This document shows positions 48,942-58,633 of a stretch of 64,000 nucleotides of DNA, in pieces; position 1 is the first letter of the stretch; every line of letters begins with the position of its first letter. Origin of the DNA: Pseudomonadota bacterium (GTDB taxonomy: Bacteria > Pseudomonadota > Gammaproteobacteria > RBG-16-57-12); assembly GCA_040752855.1 (NCBI GenBank), contig JBFMHP010000001.1:45037-109036 (forward strand). Direction: 5' to 3'. A program made the position numbers and the translations under genes. Under the pieces are notes generated by a model. That model did no database searches, was not told where the DNA came from, and saw nothing but the letters and a program-made list of their open reading frames with translations.

Positions 48942-51665
48942 ATGGACATCAAACTCAATGCAGAACGCCAGCGCCTGGAGCAACAGCGCGCCGGGCGCGA
49001 AAACTGGCGCCTCTGGGGCCCGTATCTTTCGGAGCGCGCCTGGGGCACGGTGCGTGAGGACTACAGTCCCCACGGCACCGCCTGGGAAGACTTCGATCAC
49101 GACCAGGCGCGTTCGCGCGCCTACCGCTGGAACGAGGACGGCCTGGGCGGCATCTGCGACGAGCAGCAGCGGCTCTGCCTGGCGCTGGCGCTGTGGAACG
49201 GGCGCGACCCGATCCTGAAAGAACGCGCCTTCGGTCTCACTGGCAACCAAGGCAACCACGGCGAAGACGTGAAGGAGTATTACTTCTATGTCGACGCCAC
49301 CCCCTCCCACAGCTACCTGCGCTACCGCTACCTCTACCCACAGGCCGAGTATCCCTATGCCTGGCTGGTCCGCGAAAATGCCCGGCGCGGCCGGCACGAG
49401 CCCCCGTTCAACTTGCTCGACACCGGCGTGTTTCAACACGACCGCTACTGGGATGTCGAGGTCGCCTACGCCAAGGCTGGACCCGACGAGATCCACGTCC
49501 GTATCCAGACCGTCAACCGCGCCCCCGAGGCGGCGACGCTCCACCTGCTGCCGACACTGTGGTTTCGCAACACCTGGTCCTGGGAGGAGGAGCGCGAGCC
49601 GCGTCCGCTGCTCCAGGCCACGCCCGCGCCGGACGGCGCCGCCTGGGCACTGGAGGCCCGGCACCCGACGCTGGGCAACTACTACCTCTACGGGCGCAAC
49701 CAGGCGCAGCCGCTCTACACCGAAAACGAATCCAACACCGAGCGGCTGTGGGGCCAGCCCAATCACACGCCCTATGTGAAGGATGCCTTTCACCGCCTGG
49801 TCGTCGCCGGTGAGACCGGGGCCATCAATCCTGCCGCAGAAGGCACCAAGTTCGCCGCCTGGCACCGTCTCAACGTCGCCAGCGGGGAGTCGGCCCGCAT
49901 CGAGCTGGTACTCAGCGCCGCGCCGCTCAAGCAGCCCTTTGTCCGCAGCGAGGCGGTGTTCAGCGCACGCGCCTCCGAGGCCGATGGTTTCTATCGTGAC
50001 TTGTTGCCCGAGGCCGGCACCGAAGACCACCGCATCATGCGCCAGGCGCTTGCCGGCATGATCTGGAGCAAGCAGTTTTTCCACTACGACGTGGAGCGCT
50101 GGCTGAATGGCGACCAGTTCCCCCCGCCCGACGGCCACCGCCGCGGGCGCAACCGGCAATGGCGCCATCTCAAGGCCGCCGACATCATCTCCATGCCCGA
50201 CGCCTGGGAGTACCCGTGGTTCGCCGCCTGGGACCTCGCCTACCACTGCGCGGCGCTCTCTCTGGTGGATGTGGACTTCGCCAAGGACCAGCTCGAGCTG
50301 CTGCTCAAGGAGTATTACCTGCATCCCAACGGACAGATACCGGCCTATGAGTGGGCGTTCGGCGACGTCAATCCGCCGGTGCACGCCATGGCCACTCTCA
50401 AGGCGTTTCGCGCCGAGCGCGTGCAGCGCGGGGTGGGCGATATGGATTTTCTGCACCGGGTCTTCAACAAACTGCTGCTCAACTACGCCTGGTGGATCAA
50501 CCGCAAGGACATCGACGGGCACAACGTCTTCGAAGGCGGCTTCCTGGGGCTGGACAACATCTCGGTGATCGACCGCTCTCAGCCCCTGCCGCCGGGATTT
50601 GCCCTCAAACAGGCGGACGCCACCGGCTGGATGGCGATGTTCGCCCTCAACATGACCATAATGGCGCTGGAGCTCGCCGCCACCGATCCGGATTTCGAGG
50701 ACATCGCGATCCAGACCTACCAACAGTTCCTGTCCATCGCCAACAGCATCGGCGGGCACACCGACAGCGGCATCTCGCTGTGGGATGCCGAGGCCGGCTT
50801 CTTCAAGGACGTGCTGATCACCCCCGACGGACAACGGCATCACATCGACGTCTACTCCTGGGTCGGGCTGATCCCGCTGTTTGCCTGCGAGATCGTCGAT
50901 CAACGCCTGCTGCGCGCCGCCCCGCGCTTTCGCGCGATGCTGCGCACGCACGCGGAAGGGGTCTTTCAGGGCAACTATGTCTGCGCTTGTCCGGAGTTCG
51001 AGAACGAGCGCGGCGAACACCTGCTGGCGCTCGCCGACCACACCAAGCTCCCAGCCATCCTGGAGCACCTGCTCAATGAGGACGAGTTCCTGTCGCGTTT
51101 TGGGGTGCGCAGCGTGAGCCGCCGCCACAGCACGCACCAGGAACTCGGCGTGCTGCCGGGCCTCGGCCGCGCCATGATTGAGTACCTGCCGGGCGAATCC
51201 AACAGCGGGCTGTTCGGCGGCAACTCCAACTGGCGCGGCCCGATCTGGATGCCATGCAACTACACCCTGATCCAGGCACTGGAGAAATACCACCGCTACC
51301 TCGGCGATGCCTTCACCGTGCCGGTGCCGTTCCTCGGCGGGCGCGCGCTCACACTCAAGGAGATCGCGGCGCTGCTCTCCGAGCGTCTGGTGGACATCTT
51401 CCGGCGCAACGAGCAGGGCCTGATCCCGGCCTTCCCGCCGGACAGCCCGTTCCAGCGCAATCCCTACTGGCAGGATCTGCTGCTCTTCAACGAGTACTTC
51501 CACGGCGAGACCGGCCAGGGGCTGGGCGCCGCGCATCAGACCGGCTGGACCGGCCTGGTCGCCAATCTGGTGTTCCGCCGCTATCGTCAGGACATCCCGG
51601 AATTCTGGCGCGAGCACCGCGAGGAGAGGCGGGAGGCGCGGCGCGCCGTCCCGGTGCCGGCATGA
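48942..51665 (+). CDS. GH63-like glycoside hydrolase (mannosyl-oligosaccharide-glucosidase / MGH-like)
   Basis: 907 aa. Conserved blocks PDAWEYPWFAAWDLAYH and NSNWRGPIWMPCNY are typical of bacterial GH63 (alpha/alpha)6 glucosidases. Confidence 0.65.
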   Translation: MDIKLNAERQRLEQQRAGRENWRLWGPYLSERAWGTVREDYSPHGTAWEDFDHDQARSRAYRWNEDGLGGICDEQQRLCLALALWNGRDPILKERAFGLTGNQGNHGEDVKEYYFYVDATPSHSYLRYRYLYPQAEYPYAWLVRENARRGRHEPPFNLLDTGVFQHDRYWDVEVAYAKAGPDEIHVRIQTVNRAPEAATLHLLPTLWFRNTWSWEEEREPRPLLQATPAPDGAAWALEARHPTLGNYYLYGRNQAQPLYTENESNTERLWGQPNHTPYVKDAFHRLVVAGETGAINPAAEGTKFAAWHRLNVASGESARIELVLSAAPLKQPFVRSEAVFSARASEADGFYRDLLPEAGTEDHRIMRQALAGMIWSKQFFHYDVERWLNGDQFPPPDGHRRGRNRQWRHLKAADIISMPDAWEYPWFAAWDLAYHCAALSLVDVDFAKDQLELLLKEYYLHPNGQIPAYEWAFGDVNPPVHAMATLKAFRAERVQRGVGDMDFLHRVFNKLLLNYAWWINRKDIDGHNVFEGGFLGLDNISVIDRSQPLPPGFALKQADATGWMAMFALNMTIMALELAATDPDFEDIAIQTYQQFLSIANSIGGHTDSGISLWDAEAGFFKDVLITPDGQRHHIDVYSWVGLIPLFACEIVDQRLLRAAPRFRAMLRTHAEGVFQGNYVCACPEFENERGEHLLALADHTKLPAILEHLLNEDEFLSRFGVRSVSRRHSTHQELGVLPGLGRAMIEYLPGESNSGLFGGNSNWRGPIWMPCNYTLIQALEKYHRYLGDAFTVPVPFLGGRALTLKEIAALLSERLVDIFRRNEQGLIPAFPPDSPFQRNPYWQDLLLFNEYFHGETGQGLGAAHQTGWTGLVANLVFRRYRQDIPEFWREHREERREARRAVPVPA

Positions 51666-53884
51666 ACGGGCGGGGTGATTCAGCGCTGCAAGCGGTGTTG
51701 GCGCGCCCGGCCCTGGAGCGCCGGCTGGTCCCGGCCCTGCGCCTCGTGCTGGACCTGCTGCGCACGGTAGAGCGCAGCGCCGGTCCGATCCTCGACCTGG
51801 TGATCCGCTTTGCCCTCGCCCAGACCTTCTTCATCTCCGGCCTGCTTAAGCTGGGCAACTGGGAGGTGGCGCTGCAGCTCGCCCGCGAGGAGTATCCGGT
51901 CACCTGGCTCGACCCGGTGACGGCGGCGTATACCGGGGTGGGCATCGAACTCCTGTGCCCGATCCTGCTGCTCTTCGGGCTGGCCACACGGGTTGCGGCG
52001 CTGCCCATGTTGATCCTCGCCTTGGTGATCCAGTTCAACTACCGGGCGCTGGATACCCACCTCCTCTGGGCCGCGTTGCTCGGTTGGTATGTAGTGCGCG
52101 GGGCGGGAGCCCTGTCGCTCGATGCCTTACTCAGTCGCGGTCTGCGCCGATCCGCGCTGCCGCTGGCGGGCGCCGTGCTCAAAGTCACCGAGGCAATGAC
52201 GCGCTGGCTCAGCGACCCTTATCTCCTGTTGCTGCGCCTGTGGCTCGCGGCGGGGCTGGCGCTCCCGCTGCTCGCGTCCTCTGGAGCAGGGAACTGGCTG
52301 CCGTTCGCAAGCTTCGCCACGCTGCCCGTCGGCGCGGCTGTGCCGTTGGCGGTGCTGCTCACCCTGGGGCTGGCCAGTCGCGCGGCAGCGGTGGTGTTGA
52401 TGGTCTTGGTCGCTGGAAGTGCAATGATGGGCGGGGTCACGTTGCCCGCGCCGGGTTGGCTGACCTTGCTGCTCGCGCTGCTGGCGATCGTCGGTCCTGG
52501 TGCGCTCTCGCTCGATGCCGCGCTGGTGCGTCTGCTGCAAGGCAGCTTCCCGGAACTCGCCGGCCGGCCCGCCTTTGATCTCGCCGGGCTGCCGCGGGTA
52601 GTGATCGTAGGCGCAGGCTTTGGCGGCCTCGCCTGCGCCGCCGCCCTGCGCCGGGTGCGCGCCTCCGTGACCCTCATCGACCGCCACAACTACCACCTGT
52701 TCCAGCCCTTGCTCTATCAGGTCGCCACCACCGCGCTTTCGCCCATCGACATCGCCCTGCCGATCCGCGGCCTGTTCCGCGAACACTTCAACACCCGGGT
52801 GCTGCTCGGCGAGGTGAGCGGGGTGGACACCGCGCGGCGCGAGGTGATCCTCGGCGAGCAGCGCATCCCCTACGACTACCTGGTGCTCGCTACCGGCGCC
52901 TCGCACAGCTACTTCGGCCGCGACGAGTGGGCCGCCCACGCCCCCGGACTGAAGCAGGTGGAGGACGCCACCGAGGTACGCCGGCGTCTGCTGCTTGCCT
53001 TCGAGCGCGCCGAGGCCGCCGAGGACGAGGAGGAACGACGGGCCCTGCTCACCTTTCTCATCGTCGGCGGCGGCCCGACCGGCGTGGAACTGGCCGGGGC
53101 CATCGCCGAGCTGGCGCGCTTCGGCATGGAGCGTGACTTCCGCCGCATCGATCCCACGGCGGCGCGGATCATCCTGGTCCAGGCCGGCCCACGCCTGCTG
53201 CCCGCCCTGCCCGAGGCGCTTTCGCACAAGGCCACGGTGGCCCTGCAACGGCTCGGGGTCGAGGTGCTCACCGACAGCCGCGTCGAGTCCATAGATGGGC
53301 AAGGGGTACGCGTGAACGGCCAAGCCATCCCCGCGCGCACCGTGTTGTGGGCGGCGGGGGTGGTCGCCTCCCCGGCCGCGCGCTGGCTGGGGGCCGAGGC
53401 CGACAAGGCCGGCCGACTCAAGGTGACGCCCAACCTCTCGGTGCCGGGCCGGCCCGATGTCTTCGCCATCGGCGACACCGCCTACGCCGAGGCCTGGCAG
53501 GGCCAAGCCGTGCCCGGTCTGGCACCGGCGGCCAAGCAGGGTGGGGTCTATGTGGCGCGCGTCATCCGGGCCCGCATCGAGGGCTGCGATGCGCCGCCGC
53601 CGTTCACCTACCGCCACCTCGGCAGTCTCGCTACCATCGGGCGCAAGGCTGCGGTCGCCGACTTCGGCTGGGTGCGCCTGAGCGGGGCGCCGGCCTGGTG
53701 GTTGTGGGGGGTGGTGCACATCGCCTTTCTCGCCGGGCTGCGCAACCGCGTCTCCATCCTGTTCGACTGGATTTGGTCCTACCTCACCTTCCGCAGCGGC
53801 GCGCGCCTGATCACCGGCGAATCCGCCACCTCGAACACCCCCACCGCCGAGACGCTATCCGAGAGGAGGCAATACCATGGCTGA
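51662..53884 (+). CDS. Fusion protein: tandem DoxX-like membrane domains + type-II NADH dehydrogenase (NDH-2) FAD/NAD oxidoreductase
   Basis: Two DoxX-like 4-TM modules (residues about 1-300). Then RVVIVGAGFGGL, HLFQPLLYQVAT, LIVGGGPTGVELAG and FAIGDTA NDH-2 motifs. Start set at ATG 51662, which overlaps the upstream stop. Confidence 0.7.
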   Translation: MNGRGDSALQAVLARPALERRLVPALRLVLDLLRTVERSAGPILDLVIRFALAQTFFISGLLKLGNWEVALQLAREEYPVTWLDPVTAAYTGVGIELLCPILLLFGLATRVAALPMLILALVIQFNYRALDTHLLWAALLGWYVVRGAGALSLDALLSRGLRRSALPLAGAVLKVTEAMTRWLSDPYLLLLRLWLAAGLALPLLASSGAGNWLPFASFATLPVGAAVPLAVLLTLGLASRAAAVVLMVLVAGSAMMGGVTLPAPGWLTLLLALLAIVGPGALSLDAALVRLLQGSFPELAGRPAFDLAGLPRVVIVGAGFGGLACAAALRRVRASVTLIDRHNYHLFQPLLYQVATTALSPIDIALPIRGLFREHFNTRVLLGEVSGVDTARREVILGEQRIPYDYLVLATGASHSYFGRDEWAAHAPGLKQVEDATEVRRRLLLAFERAEAAEDEEERRALLTFLIVGGGPTGVELAGAIAELARFGMERDFRRIDPTAARIILVQAGPRLLPALPEALSHKATVALQRLGVEVLTDSRVESIDGQGVRVNGQAIPARTVLWAAGVVASPAARWLGAEADKAGRLKVTPNLSVPGRPDVFAIGDTAYAEAWQGQAVPGLAPAAKQGGVYVARVIRARIEGCDAPPPFTYRHLGSLATIGRKAAVADFGWVRLSGAPAWWLWGVVHIAFLAGLRNRVSILFDWIWSYLTFRSGARLITGESATSNTPTAETLSERRQYHG

Positions 53885-55085
53885 CACCTCTACCCTCGAT
53901 CACACGGCCCGCCGCATTGCCGTGGCCCTCGTCTACCTCAGCGGTTTTCTGCAGGGCCTGACCCTGGTGAGCTTTCCGGCGAGCGGGGCGCTGCTCAAAC
54001 AAACCCTCGGCCTCAGTGACGCGCAATACGGCGCGATCTTCCTGCCGCAGGTGGGCCTGGCCATCCTCGGGGCCTTGCTCGGGGCGAGCCTCGCCCGGGG
54101 CATCGGCCTCAAGGCCCTGCTGGTGCTCGCCCTGCTCGCCAACGGCCTCTCCCAGCTGGCGCTCGCCGCGAGTCTCACGGTGATGGCGGGGCTCGGGTTT
54201 ACGCTCATCCTCGCCGCCACCGGGGCATTGGGGTTCGGGTTCGGACTGGCCGGCGCGCCGATCAACACCTATCCACCGCTGCTGTTCCCGCGCCAGCCGC
54301 ACGCGGCCGTGGTGGCCCTGCACACGCTGCTCGGCATGGGGCTGGCCACCGGCCCGCTCGCGGCCGGCGCCTTCATGGACGCCGGCGTATTCACCGCCTA
54401 TCCGCTGCTGAGCGCCGCGCTGTGTGGCGTATTGGCCGTGTTAACCTTGCTGGCGCGCCTGCCCATCGAGGCCGAGACGGGCGCCGCATCGAGGCCGGGG
54501 CCTTTACCGCTCGCCGCGCCGGGATTTTGGGGCTTCGCCCTGGTCGCCGTGCTCTACGCCTTCGCCGAGGGCACCTTCTCCAATTGGGTGGTCATCTACC
54601 TCAACGAGACCAAGGGCCTCCCGCAGGCCGTCGCCACCTTGGCGCTCTCGGCCTTCTGGGCCGCGCTGGTGGTCGGCCGGCTGACGGTCTCCGCCCTGGT
54701 CGTGCGCGTGGCACCGGAGCGCATCTGGCTGATCTTGCCGCTGCTCATGATCGCGGCCTTTCTCCTGCTGCCGTATGCCGACAGCCCCGCGCTTGGCATC
54801 ATGCTGTTTGCCCTCGCAGGACTGGGATGCTCGGCCTTCTTTCCGCTCACCATCACGCTCGCCGCGCATCGCTTCCCGCATCACGTAGCAGCGGTGTCGT
54901 CCATGATGATCGCTGCGCTGATGATCGGGGTGGGCGCGGGATCGTTTGCCATCGGCGCACTGCGCGCCCAGTTGCCACTGGAGTCCTTGTATCAACTTTC
55001 GGCTATTTATCCGGCCCTGGTGCTGGCGATCGCCGCGGCCCTGGTGCTGGCCCGCTCCTATGCCTGGAGGACTCATGCCGGATGA
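53877..55085 (+). CDS. MFS transporter
   Basis: 402 aa and 12 predicted TM helices. Overlaps the upstream gene by 8 nt. Confidence 0.85.
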   Translation: MADTSTLDHTARRIAVALVYLSGFLQGLTLVSFPASGALLKQTLGLSDAQYGAIFLPQVGLAILGALLGASLARGIGLKALLVLALLANGLSQLALAASLTVMAGLGFTLILAATGALGFGFGLAGAPINTYPPLLFPRQPHAAVVALHTLLGMGLATGPLAAGAFMDAGVFTAYPLLSAALCGVLAVLTLLARLPIEAETGAASRPGPLPLAAPGFWGFALVAVLYAFAEGTFSNWVVIYLNETKGLPQAVATLALSAFWAALVVGRLTVSALVVRVAPERIWLILPLLMIAAFLLLPYADSPALGIMLFALAGLGCSAFFPLTITLAAHRFPHHVAAVSSMMIAALMIGVGAGSFAIGALRAQLPLESLYQLSAIYPALVLAIAAALVLARSYAWRTHAG

Positions 55086-55480
55086 AGTCTCACACCATGC
55101 CGGGATCGGCGATCCAGCCTTCGTGCACGCGCGGTTCGACAGGCGTGAATGCGCCGCCGTAATGCTGCCACCCCACGCGCCTTGGACGGCGCACAACATC
55201 GCATCGAGTAGATCGACTAGATCATCGTCGATCAGCGCGGCATTGAATTCTGTTCTCTTGAAATCTCGCGGTAATACTGACCAGCGCAGTGGCTCATCAG
55301 TGCGCAGAGGGGTTCTGTTCGTCGCCTACTCCGATCTTCCGCTTTGTGACGTCTGCTTGAGGCTTTTTCTTTGGATGGAGTAGCAATCCAGACGCTCTAC
55401 TCACAATGTTAGAGGACGATATTGATTTATCGCACCTGACGTCGCGCTCATTTACGTGAGTCGGTCTTGCGCCAAACCAT

Positions 55481-55927
55481 CTATTCAGAAAGATATGCCC
55501 GAACCAACTTGCAGGAATTCCCACGGTATTCGAATACCAGTTCACCGACTCTGAACTCATTGTTGTCCTTGTCAACTCCAGCAGCTATTTCCTTCGTTTT
55601 GTCCACCAAGTCACGCATCGTATATGTAATGAGCGCATCTCCTTCGTAGCTGGCCATCGGTTGATCGAGAATCTTGGTCAATGTTGCATCAAACTGATCA
55701 CGACTGATCTTTTGAACTGGGACGCCATCTACCGCGCCATGCACTGCCAGCGGGAATTGTGTCATATCGCGCAGTTTTTGCTGATCGCCCGACAGAACGG
55801 CTTGGCGAAAATTGGTCCAACAAAGTTGTGGCGACAAGTCGGCTTCCCGAGCCGAGCACGCACCTGTAAGACCCAGTACTACTATTACAGCAAGATATCT
55901 TTGAATCATTCCCACGATTGGCACCAC
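55481..55927 (-). CDS. Hypothetical lipoprotein (low-GC patch)
   Basis: 148 aa. Signal peptide with Cys (VLGLTGACSA). Confidence 0.45.
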   Translation of the reverse strand: MVPIVGMIQRYLAVIVVLGLTGACSAREADLSPQLCWTNFRQAVLSGDQQKLRDMTQFPLAVHGAVDGVPVQKISRDQFDATLTKILDQPMASYEGDALITYTMRDLVDKTKEIAAGVDKDNNEFRVGELVFEYRGNSCKLVRAYLSE

Positions 55928-55942
55928 CTGCGGTTACAATAT

Positions 55943-56680
55943 TTATTCTTTTGGCCAGCGATAGCCCCGCAACATCCAGGAACTCTTGGGAAAGAATGAA
56001 ACCTTTACTTTGTCCGACTGGTTCCCTCCCAATAATACATAGTGAGTCGCTGTCTCTTGGACTAAAAAGCCTACGTGATTTCCAGAAGATGACAAGGCTG
56101 AATTTGCTGCCTTGGCATTGTATATGACGGTAATCGCACCACCGATCGGACCGCAGGACTTGCCCCACTGCATCCAGCTGATCGCCCTCGCCGCGCTGGT
56201 CCCTGCTACGTTGGCTTGGAGCAGCACCCAATTGACAAAAGAGGAACACCACGGCGTCTCGTCGTCGCTCGCCTTTAAAGTGGTTGTGGCATGATAGGCA
56301 AGGATTTTGGGATTGTGCTTCTTCCCAGGGATTTCTGTTTGATCAATCTCCCTTTTAGCATACTCCATCCAAGGCGCTGAATCGGTCGCCACAACTTGAG
56401 GAGAGGGTTTCGGCGCAGTGGCGACGCTAGTGAGCGCCTCCCAGGTCTTCGGACCAACTACACCATCGACACCGAGATTTTTCGCGATCTGAAATTGCTT
56501 AACCGCAGCATCGGTGCGTTTTCCAAAGTCACCATCTTCACTGAGCTTAGGAGTGATCTTCAACTTCTCGTTCAACAACTTCTGCAGTTGTTTTACCTCA
56601 TCGCCCTTGCTGCCAAGCTTTAGCACGCTTCCCATAACCCCTCCATAAAATTGACGTTTGTATCCCTTGCTTCGGATCAA
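55943..56680 (-). CDS. Peptidoglycan-binding-domain protein with C-terminal TIGR02594-type (CHAP/NlpC-like) hydrolase domain
   Basis: PG_binding_1 motif (LKLGSKGDEVKQLQKLLN...DGDFGKRTDAAVKQFQ). C-terminal conserved Cys/His region. Often phage-associated. Confidence 0.55.
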   Translation of the reverse strand: MIRSKGYKRQFYGGVMGSVLKLGSKGDEVKQLQKLLNEKLKITPKLSEDGDFGKRTDAAVKQFQIAKNLGVDGVVGPKTWEALTSVATAPKPSPQVVATDSAPWMEYAKREIDQTEIPGKKHNPKILAYHATTTLKASDDETPWCSSFVNWVLLQANVAGTSAARAISWMQWGKSCGPIGGAITVIYNAKAANSALSSSGNHVGFLVQETATHYVLLGGNQSDKVKVSFFPKSSWMLRGYRWPKE

Positions 56681-57754
56681 TACCTAATATCTCTGCCATA
56701 TACCATTGTCACAGGCATACCGAAAGCAGCGCATGCCTTGCAAAAGCACGGTTGGCGCTCCGCTATATCAGTGCTATCACTCAACGGATCAGCGATTGAT
56801 GCAATATTCTTCAAAATGTCACCGAAAACGGGCCAGCGTTCAATGTGTTGTGCTCAAAGTATAAGCCGAACGATCACTCGTTTCCAGATGTGATCCATCG
56901 GGCGTATGAAGTAGACCTTATGGATATTCAACTCGCCGCTCGATGCCAGCCAATACAACCTTCATCTACGCAAATTTTTGACGGCCGGAATATCCCGGAC
57001 TGCCATGGATAGGCGATGTGTTTGATGTCACCGATTTAGCAATCATAGTGAATGCAAGGATGTGCTTAGCAGGTCAAGGCACGAATCAGCTTTTCGTAGC
57101 ACAGTGATTTAGCTGGGACCTCAGTCTGTTCCCATGCTCCGCTAGGATCTGGTTTATGTCACGCTCCGGAATTGCTCTATCGGCTTCACAAGGATGCAAC
57201 CTAAAGGTTGGGAAATTGATGACCCCCGCCATTTCCGATTGCAACAATTGTGCTTAGTTAATCTCCGAATCGTTTCATCCTGGAATTTTCAGAGCAATCC
57301 GCGTTCCGCACAGAACCTCTAATAAATCAGGGGTTCATTATTTCTACTCCCCAATACGGATTACTCGAGCGCTGGGTGAGCCACATCGGATGGGGCTGTT
57401 CGAGACCTCCCCTGTCAACAAGCGGGTGCCCGTCGTCTAGCATCTAAAGCAGATTTTTTCTGCTTTGCTAATATTTGTTTGCCATGATGGAGTTGATCGC
57501 AACTTCGGAAGTTTCTTTTATACGAGAAATGGTATGCACGGTGGCACGCCGCAGTGTGTCGAGTACCGACAGCCTGAACTGCTGAACTTACTCTGAAAAA
57601 TGGCGCTGTACGCTGCCCCCTCCGTGGGGTCTAGATTCTCGAATCCCTATTCAATATCTATTTTGTCTTACGGTCACGAGCCGACATCGCGCATCGATGT
57701 TCCAACCCGACAATAAGGCCGCATCTTATTTGCTTAACAAGCAACCCACGACGG

Positions 57755-58594
57755 GTGCTTTATAACCAAGCAGGACTCCTTAGAATGCTCGATCAATTAC
57801 ATGCTTTCTTGCGCCACGGCGCAAAGACTGTTGTGCAAAGGAGGACACGCATGTTCACAGAGAAATGTATGGTTGTCCCTGCCAATCCAACTACGGGCCG
57901 GCGCAGTGGGATGTGGCAGAGTCCCAGCACCGAGGATGGTTGCGAGCGAAAAATTTGCGTGCTGGTCGTCAACAAGCGGCCGCTGGTCTGCAATGCGTTA
58001 GCGGCCTTGATTGGTTTGCAGGAAGATTTTGACCCGGTGGAGACTGCCATCAACTGTGCTGAGTGCTGCCGTAAGGCCTTAATATGCAGTCCAAACGTGT
58101 TAGTTTGTGACCTCGAAACGGGTGACAATAGGAGTGCAGAATCGCTGGGACTGTTCAGGGAGAGATTTCCGACGATACCTGCGATTGTGCTGCATGAACA
58201 ACTGGAGAATTGGCGGGTCATGGGGGCCGTGCGTCTGGGCGCGCAAGGCTATCTGACTCCGGAGGCGAAGCCTATGGAATTATTTAAGGCGATTCGTCTG
58301 GTCGTAGACGGCGGTACATACTTTGAGCCAAGGGTCCAGGCGCTAATCACAGCGTCCGCGGCGGGGGGACTGAGGCATCACCGGGCAACCAGTCCGTATG
58401 CCTTGTCAGATCGGGAACTGAACGTGCTGAAACGTGTGGCCGAGGGTGACAGCAATCAGCGGATCGCCGAGGTCTTGTGTGTCAGCAGGAGCACCGTGAA
58501 GCACTACGTAAGCACGCTTCTGGTAAAGCTCGAAGCTGCTAATCGCACCGTTGCGGTGAGAAAGGCCATTGATCTTGGACTGCTCGAGACGTAG
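57755..58594 (+). CDS. LuxR/NarL-family response regulator (receiver-like domain + LuxR HTH)
   Basis: C-terminal LSDRELNVLKRVAEGDSNQRIAEVLCVSRSTVKHYVSTLLVKL is a LuxR HTH. The true start is probably an internal Met (about 57851-57905). Confidence 0.7.
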   Translation: MLYNQAGLLRMLDQLHAFLRHGAKTVVQRRTRMFTEKCMVVPANPTTGRRSGMWQSPSTEDGCERKICVLVVNKRPLVCNALAALIGLQEDFDPVETAINCAECCRKALICSPNVLVCDLETGDNRSAESLGLFRERFPTIPAIVLHEQLENWRVMGAVRLGAQGYLTPEAKPMELFKAIRLVVDGGTYFEPRVQALITASAAGGLRHHRATSPYALSDRELNVLKRVAEGDSNQRIAEVLCVSRSTVKHYVSTLLVKLEAANRTVAVRKAIDLGLLET

Positions 58595-58633
58595 CTGATT
58601 TCGTCCGGCGCACAGGCAAAATGCCACACACCG

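Noticed and set aside
51254-51661. N-terminal 136-codon extension of the ORF 51254-53884 overlapping the GH63-like gene
   Set aside because: It overlaps the upstream gene out of frame. The DoxX hydrophobic modules begin only after the Met at 51662, whose ATG overlaps the upstream stop (translational coupling).
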